Below are positions 22,807 through 32,798 of a stretch of 64,000 bases of DNA, one piece after another (the stretch's first letter is position 1; every line of letters begins with the position of its first letter). The stretch is taken from NCBI GenBank assembly GCA_008690995.1, contig VRMN01000005.1, positions 682,001-746,000 of the forward strand. Direction: 5' to 3'. Position numbers and translations under genes: made by a program. The notes under the pieces were generated by a model. The model was not told the DNA's origin, ran no database searches, and worked only from the letters and a program-made list of their open reading frames with translations. This DNA comes from Porphyridium purpureum (Eukaryota).

Positions 22807-25800
22807 ATGTGGGCCTTACTTCAAAGTAATGCGGCGCGCATCATGCGCAGCCACAGTGCGATCAACGTATCATGGCGAAAGTCCTTTTGGGGCATATGCG
22901 TGGATACAGGTGCAGTGAAAAGTTTCTGTTCACTGCCGCAATGGCTTGAATTTTGTCGCGTCGTAAACCAGAGCACTACTTTACGCTCGGCCAAATTCTA
23001 CAGTCATTCTTTGGACATCGGTCTGCTGCATTCGCTGGGCTCCGGGACTGCTCGTCTTCCCATCACATCTGATTTGATTTTAACCTTTGATGTTGACGTT
23101 CTGGATACTCGTCGTCAAACTGATCCAAATTGGCCACCGATGGTCCTCGGTTTAGAAGATTTGGATGCGGCTCGGTGCTACGTGAACAACTTGGACAATT
23201 CACTGGTCTTCGAACGCGTTCGCTACCGATTAGTTCGACGTCTTCGCCGTCTTTTTCTGGTACCGGACTTTGAACATGTGTCCAATGTATTATTGACATA
23301 CGCCGAGCTTCGGAAAATTCATCGCAAGTTTGCACACGCGTCGGCGGACCGTCTGGCACACATTTTTGATGTGGCTGACGCTCCGCTATCCAATGATGAT
23401 ATCAACTCTCTTCGCGAACTGACCAAGTCCTGCCACATATGTCAACGATTTGCTCGAGCACCGCGTCATTTCCAATTGTCCGCTTCTGTTGATGTAGTTT
23501 TCAATCATACAGTGGTTATGGATCACTTCTCACTCCTTCAATCTTCGACACAACGTCAGCGCGCTGTCATGCATATCATATGCGAAAGCACGAGGTTCCA
23601 GGTTGGGCAGTGGATGCCAGAAGATTGTACCGCGCGGGCGCTATGGGAAATGTTTACTTTATGTTGGGCAACTGCGTACACTGGCTATCCGCACATCATC
23701 AAAGTCGACGCCGGCTCAACGCACGGTAGCGCCGAATTCAAGTCTCTAGCGTCGGCTTATTCTGTGCATGTGGCTGTGCAGCCCATCGAAGGTCATCATA
23801 GTATCGGTCGCGTCGAACGCGCGCATGGGATCATTCGTGACATGTATGACAAGATTGTGGAAGCTGATGTTGACGCGGATGACGACGAAGCTCTTTCGCA
23901 GTGCTTTTTCATTGCCAACAGCTTTCCCAGCCATTCGTCTATTCCTCCGTGTTTGATGGTTTTTGGAACACTGCCGCGCCTTCTCATCGCGTCAGTTGAG
24001 TCCGTTCCTTCGCAAGCGCAACGCATTCGTGCAATCCTCATCGCTCGCAGAAGCTTCGAAGAATACATTGCGAAATCCTATTTGAATACGGCACTGCGAC
24101 GACGGCATCAAGCCGCCACGCCTTCAGACGATCTTTACCCTCAGCCAGGGGCCTTCGTTCTTGTGGCTCGCGAATCTACCAAAAGGGGCCGCAAGTACAC
24201 ACGCTACGAAGGCCCTTGTCTATGCAGTTCCGTATCTGGTAATTCGGTCGGTATTTGTATGCCGCCAACAGGCTCGGTGCGACATTATCATGTGAATCAC
24301 GTCAGACGCTACATCTCAGATGATCACATATCAACGTCCGCGCTACTAACACGACCTGTCACCGCGGCTGAATTTCGCTCCAACACAGCCTTACGAGAGC
24401 AGTTTTACAACAGCGACATAGAAGAACTCAAGTGGCTTTATTCTCGTGGCGTTTTTGAGCGTGCGGACAAAATTGCCAAATGTGCAATTATCCTACCAGC
24501 GTCCATGGTTCGTGTTTTCAAAAATGCGGAAACTGCAAATCCGATTCCGAAATCCAGACTTGTTGCGCTTGGCAACTTGGATCCAGACAAGAAGAATATC
24601 GTCGTTGAGAGCCCAATGCTATCCATGTGGGGCTTCCGTGTCATTCTTAGTATCGCAGCCAACCGCGGCTGGCAGCTGTTTACGATTGATGCCAAGAAGG
24701 CGTACGTGCAGAGTTCGAGCGCGCTGCGGCGTCCTATCTTCCTTGTTTTGCGGTCACCGCTCAGCAATTTATTTGCCACAGCAATATCCTCGCCGTGTTC
24801 GGGGTCGCGAATATATTTGAAGCTGTTGAAGCCACTGTATGGCCTCACGGAAGCTGGTACATACTGGTGGTTTACCATCCATGATGCTCTATGTACTTTG
24901 CATTTGAGTGTTTCGCCTCTTGACATGTGCTTCTTCTATTCTTCTTTTGGCCTAGTTGGCGTCCTGAGCGACAATCTTATATACTGCGGCACTGACCAAT
25001 TTGTCCACGACCTTCAACAAGTCTTGGAAGCTTTTGTCATGTCCGCTGTGGAAAGTCCGCCCATGAACTTCAATGGTTGTGTCGTACTGTCCAATCCTAT
25101 TCGCATCTCGTCCACAGCCTTCGTCGACAGCCTTTTATCATGTGATTTGACAACATTACCGTTGCCTCAGGTTCGCGGCAAATTTCGCTGGCTAGCGTCG
25201 CTGTCCCGACCAGATTTGTACACCGCAGTACCAGACAAAGTCGATAACGCTGGTTGGCTTTCTACCATTCGTCGCAAGCTTATGGATACTCGCAACTTCG
25301 CCTTGCCGTTTATTCCTCTTACAAACTCGCTAGAACTATGTGCATACGCAGATGCGGCCTTTTCTGTTGATGACACGTTGCGCAGCCGTCTCGGATGGAC
25401 TATTTTCTTGCGCGACGCCACGGGTCTGGCCCATTTTCTGCAAGCGCGATCATTCAAGTCAGCTCGCGTCGTTCGCTCCGTTCTTGCCGCTGAAATTTAT
25501 GCGCTGTCCGATTGCCTTGACTTTGTTCTTGCGCTTCGCGATTCGCTGTTGCCCATTTATAATGTGCTGATACCGATTCGGCTCTTTACCGATTCGCAGT
25601 CAATCTTTGACACTGTCCATCGTTGTCGTACCATTCAAGAGAAGCGTTTGATGATCGACGTTACCATTCTACGTGATGCCGTGCGCGAGAATACCGTCAC
25701 GGATCTGTCACACATTCGTGCTCCGGACAACATAGCAGACTCCTTGACCAAGCAGGGCACCCGGGAGTCCATGTGGCTAACATTCTACAGAGACGGACGG

Positions 25801-25857
25801 CTCGTCCATCCAGTTCATCTTAGCACGGCACCGATCAAGCATTCGCCCGACCAATAA
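22807..25857 (+). CDS. pol: Copia pol (protease-integrase-RT-RNase H)
   Basis: CVDTGA protease; HRKFAH..CHIC integrase Zn finger and DDE core; KSRLVALG, IDAKKAYVQ and KPLYGL RT motifs; YADAAF, AAE, TDSQS and NIADSLTK RNase H motifs. The RT YxDD position reads LSDN. Confidence 0.92.
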   Translation: MWALLQSNAARIMRSHSAINVSWRKSFWGICVDTGAVKSFCSLPQWLEFCRVVNQSTTLRSAKFYSHSLDIGLLHSLGSGTARLPITSDLILTFDVDVLDTRRQTDPNWPPMVLGLEDLDAARCYVNNLDNSLVFERVRYRLVRRLRRLFLVPDFEHVSNVLLTYAELRKIHRKFAHASADRLAHIFDVADAPLSNDDINSLRELTKSCHICQRFARAPRHFQLSASVDVVFNHTVVMDHFSLLQSSTQRQRAVMHIICESTRFQVGQWMPEDCTARALWEMFTLCWATAYTGYPHIIKVDAGSTHGSAEFKSLASAYSVHVAVQPIEGHHSIGRVERAHGIIRDMYDKIVEADVDADDDEALSQCFFIANSFPSHSSIPPCLMVFGTLPRLLIASVESVPSQAQRIRAILIARRSFEEYIAKSYLNTALRRRHQAATPSDDLYPQPGAFVLVARESTKRGRKYTRYEGPCLCSSVSGNSVGICMPPTGSVRHYHVNHVRRYISDDHISTSALLTRPVTAAEFRSNTALREQFYNSDIEELKWLYSRGVFERADKIAKCAIILPASMVRVFKNAETANPIPKSRLVALGNLDPDKKNIVVESPMLSMWGFRVILSIAANRGWQLFTIDAKKAYVQSSSALRRPIFLVLRSPLSNLFATAISSPCSGSRIYLKLLKPLYGLTEAGTYWWFTIHDALCTLHLSVSPLDMCFFYSSFGLVGVLSDNLIYCGTDQFVHDLQQVLEAFVMSAVESPPMNFNGCVVLSNPIRISSTAFVDSLLSCDLTTLPLPQVRGKFRWLASLSRPDLYTAVPDKVDNAGWLSTIRRKLMDTRNFALPFIPLTNSLELCAYADAAFSVDDTLRSRLGWTIFLRDATGLAHFLQARSFKSARVVRSVLAAEIYALSDCLDFVLALRDSLLPIYNVLIPIRLFTDSQSIFDTVHRCRTIQEKRLMIDVTILRDAVRENTVTDLSHIRAPDNIADSLTKQGTRESMWLTFYRDGRLVHPVHLSTAPIKHSPDQ

Positions 25858-26303
25858 CCAGGCCCGCGTCCTGTCGCACCATTTGTAGGTGCTGACGCCA
25901 GCTCGCAGCGTAACCCATGCAAGTTCATGGTCAAGACGCCGACCATTTTCGCTCAAGTTCTGTCTGCAACGGTTCCGTGGCACACCACGGATGATTCCGA
26001 CGACCTTTCGCCCATTGCAGGCACCGTGTCCGACATGCGCCCAAGTGATCCTGCCCGCAAACCGATTCTCGCCTTGCGCAGTCCCTCGCGAAACGCCTTC
26101 TCCGTCGCCAACAGGTCCGCTTTTTCGTGCGGGGGACTTTCCTCGGGTACTCGCTGCGTTGGCGTTCTCGAAATTTCATTCTCGCAATCTGTTCTCATCG
26201 AGATGAACTTGCTCCTCTTCTCGTCATCTCGTGCGCCCCTGCCCCACGTCGGTCTCATGTTTCAATGAATTTTATAACATGACCCAGCAGAAAAATACTG
26301 GAG

Positions 26304-26562
26304 TGTCAATTAATTAAATAATTAATTAACTCTCGCTGTACCCACAGGGGTGCAGCCCCCCTCACTATAACCACTTGGTTATAATGAGGGTCTCCATCTC
26401 TCTCCCTGCTAGCCCTAGTATAAAACTACGCCGAGTCGCGGCCGGCCTAGCCGTCAAAAAGTAAACAGACAGAGTCGACAGAAAAGAAGAAGAGTTCATA
26501 AAACTTTCTTGGGTCGCCGAGATAGCTTGGCAACTCGGCTCTCGGATCCGTAGGGACTGACA
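26304..26562 (+). repeat. 3' LTR of the Copia element
   Basis: Direct repeat of 19846-20104. Confidence 0.95.
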
Positions 26563-27037
26563 TGTTCTCCGAGATGGGACATTCTCGAATACACACTACA
26601 AACTGGTCACCCTGAACGCCACGGATATGGAAAATGCATCCTAATTGTCCGGATCAAATTACAGGGACCTTACGACAAATCCTTTGACGTGGTGGTGATA
26701 CAAGATTTAGAGGCGCACGATGGAGAAATCGACAAGTCGGAGCGCATATGCAAATGCAAGCGCCTAGATCCGGTGTTGCATCAAACCCTACTAAGTAATA
26801 ATTCGGTAAGATTGTTAGACACGGCGAAGATAACCGGACGAGTGACAGCATTCAAGGATATCCGCATGAAGAACAGCCGATGGTACTACGTTTAAACCCA
26901 AGCATATTCGAAGGCGTGTTAGAATAAAATTAAAAGTCGGAGTCCAATGAAGTTTCATCTTTGCATGATTAAACCTATATGCTACCACCCATCTCGCAAA
27001 GTTTAAAGTTGTAGGCGGCACCACACAGTTTGTCGTT

Positions 27038-27277
27038 AGTTTTTCGGGAAGTTTTTCGGGAAGTTTTTCGGGAAGTTTTTCGAGAAGTTTTTCGAGAAGT
27101 TTTTCGGGCAGGTTTTCGGGCAGGTTTTCGGGCAGGTTTTCGGGCAGGTTTTCGGGCAGGTTTTCGGGCAGGTTTTCGGGCAGGTTTTCGGGCAGGTTTT
27201 CGGGCAGTTTTTCTGGCAATTTTTCGGGCAGTTTTTCGGGCACTTTTGGGACAGTTTTTGGGACAGTTTTCCGGGCA
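27038..27277 (+). repeat. 12-bp tandem array AG(G/T)TTTTCGGG(C/A), about 20 units, downstream of transposase 2
   Basis: Read directly. Further degenerate CAGTTTT(T)C copies continue to ~27510. Confidence 0.95.
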
Positions 27278-27559
27278 AATGATATTGCAGTTCTTCTATA
27301 AGGACTAATAAATGCTGTACGCACCCATAGTCTACTGTACCTACAATTTTCATCTGTTGTCGATCAGTTTTCGGTCAATTCTCGATCAGTTTTTCGATCA
27401 ATTTTTCGACACTTCAGCATCACAATGTTTGGACGCTGCACGACAGGTACAGCAATAAACAATGCAATACATGCTTACATCTATTTCAGTTTTCCGGTCA
27501 GTTTTTCGCCCATTTGTGTAAAGATTAATCTTTACTCCAACTCGAGGATTACAAGGCGG

Positions 27560-29020
27560 CACAGAAGCTGTGATTTCCTCTCTTTCAATCATTGGATGAA
27601 CACTTCTTGTCGTGGCAAGATGATATGCTTTTATTTGCAGACACTGAACAAGAGTTTCTGCGTTTCATTACCGGAATATTAGTGCTGTTCGTAAATTAGG
27701 GCCTCAAACTGCATGGTCGTAAGTGCCAGTTCTACAAAATAGAAATTTTTTTCTGCGGATGAGTAATAGATCGGAATGGTATTTGCCTGAGTCCAAAGTA
27801 GTTCTCATCCTTGATCCATATGCGACCACCTCGCACAGGAACCGAGCTGCTGCAGTTCTTGCGTGCCCTAAAAAGAATGCGGACGAGCATTTGCGAGTAC
27901 GCTAAGCTTACGGCGCTCTTGAAAAATGTCATGGAAGAGTGCTACAGGCTTGCAGGAAGACGGACGGCGAAAAGCATTCGAGCCATTGTGCTTGCTGAGC
28001 TCCGCGAAAAAGAGTCTTCAACAGCTTTCGAAGCTTTGAACACTTCAATAGCCCAGCAATATACTCTGGCGCATTTTAGTCCTCAATTGGCGACATGCTT
28101 ATTTACAGACGCTTTGGATACCCATCAGGCAGGAACATTGACGCACATGTCCAGACACGACTGGGAGCTAGGAATACAAGATCAGCGGCACACTCCGCTG
28201 GGATTTGTGTCATGATCATTTGTAGGAGCAGCATCACGTTGGAGCGTTCCTGAAAAGGAGGCCTTTGCCATATTGGAATCAATGTGCCGCCTAGAGCACC
28301 ATACGGTTACGAACATCGTGCACATCTTTACAGACCAAGCCAATCTGATATACATTTTCAATCCGCGCGGCACTTGTCCTTGCATTGGTCGCCAAACGGC
28401 TAGCAAACCGTTCAGGTGGGCGCCCAAAAGGAGCGGCTTTAGGTACGTCATTGAAAGTATCCCGGGCGAAGAAATTGTTTGGGCAGACATGTGTTCCAGA
28501 TAGGCGGCCGAGACAACAATGCTAGTCGAAGAATCTTCTAAAATTACGTTGCTTGTTAAAGCACTTGTTCTGCCGAGCAGTGACCCCGAAAAGTATGTGT
28601 GACCAAAAGTAAAGACAATTCAAGGCAAAAAAGGGCCTGCAAAGAGGCAATCCCTGAGCGATTTATTAGCGCAGGAGCACTCGTCACAGACAGAAATGGC
28701 ATTCTCTGGATTCCAATAGCAGACAAGGCTCTCCAGACGTGGCTCTTTGTAGCAGCTCACTTTGGTCTAGCGGGCCACAGAGGCATGGAGCCCACCATGA
28801 AGAACTTGATGAAAGTTGCTTGGAAAATAGGTAGTGAAAATGATGTACGCACTTTCTGCAAGTCCTTTCTGCATTGTGCGATGACAACGGGACGCCAGAT
28901 TACACCTCAAGCGCTGAGCGAGACTCGCCATGCGGACTCTTCCGATGAGCTCATCCACTTCGACTATCTCTACAATGGACAGAGTAGGAGTAAATTGGCA
29001 TACATCCTGGTCTGCAAGGC
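27560..29020 (+). pseudogene. Decayed Ty3/Gypsy pol fragment (RT-RNase H-integrase)
   Basis: SWQDDMLLF (RT, ~27610); CLFTDA, EKEAFAI, IFTDQANL and WADMCSR (RNase H); AHFGLAGHRG and IHFDYL (integrase). Many stops and frameshifts. Confidence 0.8.
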
Positions 29021-32000
29021 GACTTCTCTGGTCAGTCCACAAGCTCAAACCTACAAGAAGGCCCGGAACGTCTCTCATAAGGTCTCGAGTACAGTGAGTG
29101 TGTTTGTGTCAGTGTGCGTGTGTGTGTGTGTGTTGGATGTGGGGAGAGGGGCGGGGGGGGACTTGGGACGAGTACAACACCCAACCAGCGAAAGCGCGGC
29201 AATATGGCGATGAAAAACGAAGTCGTGGAGGGACTTCGCGGAGCTGAAGCTGCGGCAGTGCGGAAGCCGCGCCTGCAGTTGTTTCTGGAGGACTAGGAAG
29301 AGGTGGAATACTCAGAGCCTCCAACGGGCAGGATGTCTGGTGCAGCAGTGCAGGGTGTGAATCGGCCGGCCATGCAATCGCATGCGCGCCAGACCGTACA
29401 AAACAGGCCTAGCGCTGACCAGGAAATGGCGATGCAGAGGATTCTTTCCGATGGGTCCCAATACGACCGTGTTTGTCTTTAGACACGTGGACTTTGGTGT
29501 GCGCGCGGGCTTGTACCAGGGACAATTGTATCAGCAATCGTTGAGGTGGCAGGATGGCATGTTTGAATCACTGGACTGGTATTGCAATCAGTGCGCAGTC
29601 GTGAAGAACCACATCGGCAGGCTCATTAAACGAGGGCAATCTGAATGTGAACTCCTGATCTGTTGACTTGGCACGGATCCAGATTTGAAAGGCGTACGCT
29701 ATGACATTTATGGTCTTGGGAGTCCGAGAAATCGATCTCGGGACAAAATGGAGCGAATGTGACGAGGGCCAATGTCGGTGCGGGTTGTCGAGTTCGAATT
29801 CTTGGCTCTACACTTGACCAATCATACCAACACACTCGCGCTCGTGGTGTCGGCACTCGTCGCCAAGCAACGTTCCTCGACGGAGAAAGAAAATGTCAAG
29901 AATCCTTGGGAGGTTGACTGGGACTTTGCAGCACTGTACCGCTGCGTGAAATGATAAGTTTGTGCACTGGATTTTTTTTCTAACTATTCAACAGGGCTCT
30001 TTTCCGAACGGGGCACGGTATTCGAGATGGTGATGGCCCCCTCCTGGGAAAATGTACAGAGAACACCTCCGAACTGGCCGTTGCCACTAACAGTCTTCCT
30101 ACCAATCAGCCACATGGACAAAATCTTGAGAACGCTGGACACGCGCGCAACTGCGAAAAAAACTGTACGGAATGTCCCTGAATTCTTCGATATGATGGCG
30201 CCGTCATCGCACTTCATGGTCCGTTGGTGATGCATTGACCGTCGTGTTTGCCGGCGAGCCGAGCGCAGCCCGCAAGTGCGCGCGGCCATGGCAAAAGGTA
30301 CCGAAGAGATCCTCTCGTTTGAGTTGTTCTGCTACCCGCTCTGGCAACAATCATTTGGTCGGTATGCTCGGCTCGAAGATTTCTCGAAATGTTACTTTCG
30401 TTTGTCCGGCATGTTCAATGTACCAGGAGTCCTTGTGCGATACGTGCTGGAGTGGGCCAATGAAAGAACAGTGGGCTCGACTTTGTCAAAGGTGGTCGCA
30501 TTCGCCAACCGTGAACTGCGCAATCGTGCCGCGGATCAAATGCGTACCTGGGACGAAGAGTCTGATGACAGAAAGATAATATCAAAATCTTGCGACTTGT
30601 TACACAATCGCCCGTCGTCGACTCTCGCTGGGTCTATGCAGCACTCGCTGGGGAGCTGATTGCTTTTTCCGACGAAGACGAAGACCGCCCCGGCACTCGC
30701 AGAGAATGGAAGGAAGCGGTGGACTGGGTCATGGAAGAGCTGTATGGGTAGCGCTAGCAATCGTTGTGAAATTCAGAATAAAGAAGTCCTTTGTTTTGTT
30801 ACTAGGGTGTGATCATGCGACGTCGCGGAGCAACTTTTACTGGAGCAATGGAGCACTCGTCGGTGAGGTGCGCGCTCGATATTAACCGAAAACATTGGAG
30901 ACTGAACTCTCAAGAGCTTCTGCTCAACTCGTGCAGAAAAAAAGGCGCGCAAAGAATATGGCGCGCTAAGAATATGGCGCGCTGGGCTCGCACAAGGGTG
31001 GAAACTAGAAGACACCATATTGAAGATTTGGCATCTATGTACGAAATCTTACGAGCGCGCCAAAACTTGAACATTGCGAAAGTCCAAGGTCATCCATGTG
31101 GATGTCGCTCGTGTCTGAACAGTTCTTGTTGCGTGTGAAGTGGAAGTGGATATCAAGGATTTCCCTGCTACGACTAGTACAAAGTGCAGTCTTTCTACAT
31201 GGGAAGGTGGTCAAGGTGGCTCTCCGGCGACGCCGAGTCTTACCAATGCTGTGCCTTTGACTCACTCTCTGCTTCCCTCTTCTCACTCCGAGCAAGACCT
31301 GACCGGCTAGTCCGGGCAGGTGCGTCGCCTTCTTGTACCCATACTTCCGCCAGAGACAGCAAGCAGCCAAGAGAAATGACAATGCAAATCACTGTCATTT
31401 CTGCGCACGTCTAAAAGTTTCTGGAACCTCGAGAAGCTTGTAGAAACGGTTAAACGGTCTCACGCTTTAACGGCTTACCGGTTTCCAATTTACCGAACCG
31501 TTCTAGGTGACTAGGGTCGAACGCATAACACTCTGGTCAACAAGAGGCATTGTTCAGAAAGTTGGAAAAGTGCTGGGTTTCATGCGCCCACATCGAGATT
31601 TTGGCTGCCCCGCTGATCTTCAGCGTCCTTTTACACGCACATAGCAAGGTGACATGCGCAACACTTTCATTCATCGCATATGCTAATCCTCTTGTTTCTT
31701 GGACTTTGCGCGAGCGTGCGATAAAAAACACGAGCACTTGTTCAGCCATACCAGCCAAGCGGAGGCCCTCCCTGGGCCATGCAATGACTCGGTAGAAGGC
31801 CTAGATAAAAGCCTCACTGTTCCGTGTCTTCAAGCACTCCTCTGATTGGGAAAAGCGACGCTGGGAGGGCCTGCAATCAGAAAAAAGACCAAGCACTTTG
31901 GCTGCTTGTCACGCTCACACGCCGACGCTGTTTGCGCCAAAACAAACGTCGTCAGTGGCCTCTTCTATGGCGCGGAAAGTTGCCCGTCCCACTCGTCGAT

Positions 32001-32061
32001 GGGTGTGCGGAAGGGCGAGTGCGAACATACCGGGACGTCGTGGCGGGGATTCAGCGGGTGT

Positions 32062-32170
32062 GATGTGATGTGACTCGACTAGCGTCCCGCCGGATGCCGA
32101 TGTGACGTGACTCGACTAGCGTCCCGCCGGATGCCGATGTGACGTGACTCGATGTGATGTGACTCGATGT
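32062..32170 (+). repeat. 37-bp tandem repeat (~2.4 copies) plus shorter GATGTGA units
   Basis: gatgtga(c/t)gtgactcgactagcgtcccgccggatgcc repeated. Confidence 0.85.
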
Positions 32171-32798
32171 GGTCAGATTGCATCAACAAGGGCCCGACGG
32201 GCGTCTATATAGTGGGTGCGGTCGCGCAGAGATGGCAGACGAATAAGCCTAGAAAAAAAAGGAAGAGGTGAGGGGAATAGTAAAAGGGTTCTTCGTTGAT
32301 CGTTAACAGAAAACCCACGTATGGCCCAGTGGCGTTGGTACCCATCACCTCTCTCGTCATAACGAGCATCACAGTGTCTTGAAGTTGCTTCATCCTTCGC
32401 CCGTGACGAACTTTTTATCGCACACGCCCTCATTGTAATGTCGGAGGAAATGAGATGGTATAGTTATGAGGCACAGTTCTTTAATCGATTACGGGGGACT
32501 GATGTCCGTTGGAACCGATTCCAACTCCCAATAACCATGAACCATTACAGGTAACTGCACCACTGTTCTCCAAAAACGGTTTCGACCCTAGATATAAACG
32601 AACCAGTCGTATCTGAGTTCGGGTTGGCGGCTAGGTATAAAAGCCCGCTGCTGCGTTTACGGGCAAAAAGAAAAACGAATGAGAGAGGCACAGTGAGCGG
32701 GAAGGAAGTTTACTCCATACTGAAAAGACGCGCACGCTAGGAGCGCTCAAGTCCGGTGAAACCCGAGGGACACGAGGGTCGGAGAATTCCACAAAATC

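Larger units (their letters stand above)
19846..26562 (+). mobile_element. Full-length Ty1/Copia LTR retrotransposon
   Basis: Two 259-bp LTRs (TGTCA...TGACA). TSD CGTTC (19841-19845) / TGTTC (26563-26567). gag plus PR-IN-RT-RH domain order. Confidence 0.95.
16347..26927 (+). pseudogene. Plavaka-type transposase, copy 2, with frameshifts near 16990 and 26893 and a Copia insertion at 19846-26562
   Basis: Same motifs as copy 1 (LPIQIFADESHMTQNGRHTVTP; WNAPKIHALSHFGDNL; DTTDGEKSFQ). Removing the Copia and one TSD copy restores AHPNHYRSPRWDILEY, matching AHPDHYKNPRWDFVEY of copy 1. Confidence 0.85.

Noticed and set aside
27038..27277. CRISPR array or telomeric repeat
   Set aside because: There are no spacers. 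The unit is 12 bp and degenerate, and it has a counterpart after transposase 1, so it is better read as a subterminal repeat.
26815..27353. ORFs with PENL/PEKL, CPKT or FRAG repeats
   Set aside because: They are translations of the 12-bp DNA tandem array, open in several frames, not proteins.
32434..32549. TGTAATG...CATTACA mini-LTR
   Set aside because: No TSD and no second copy in the window.
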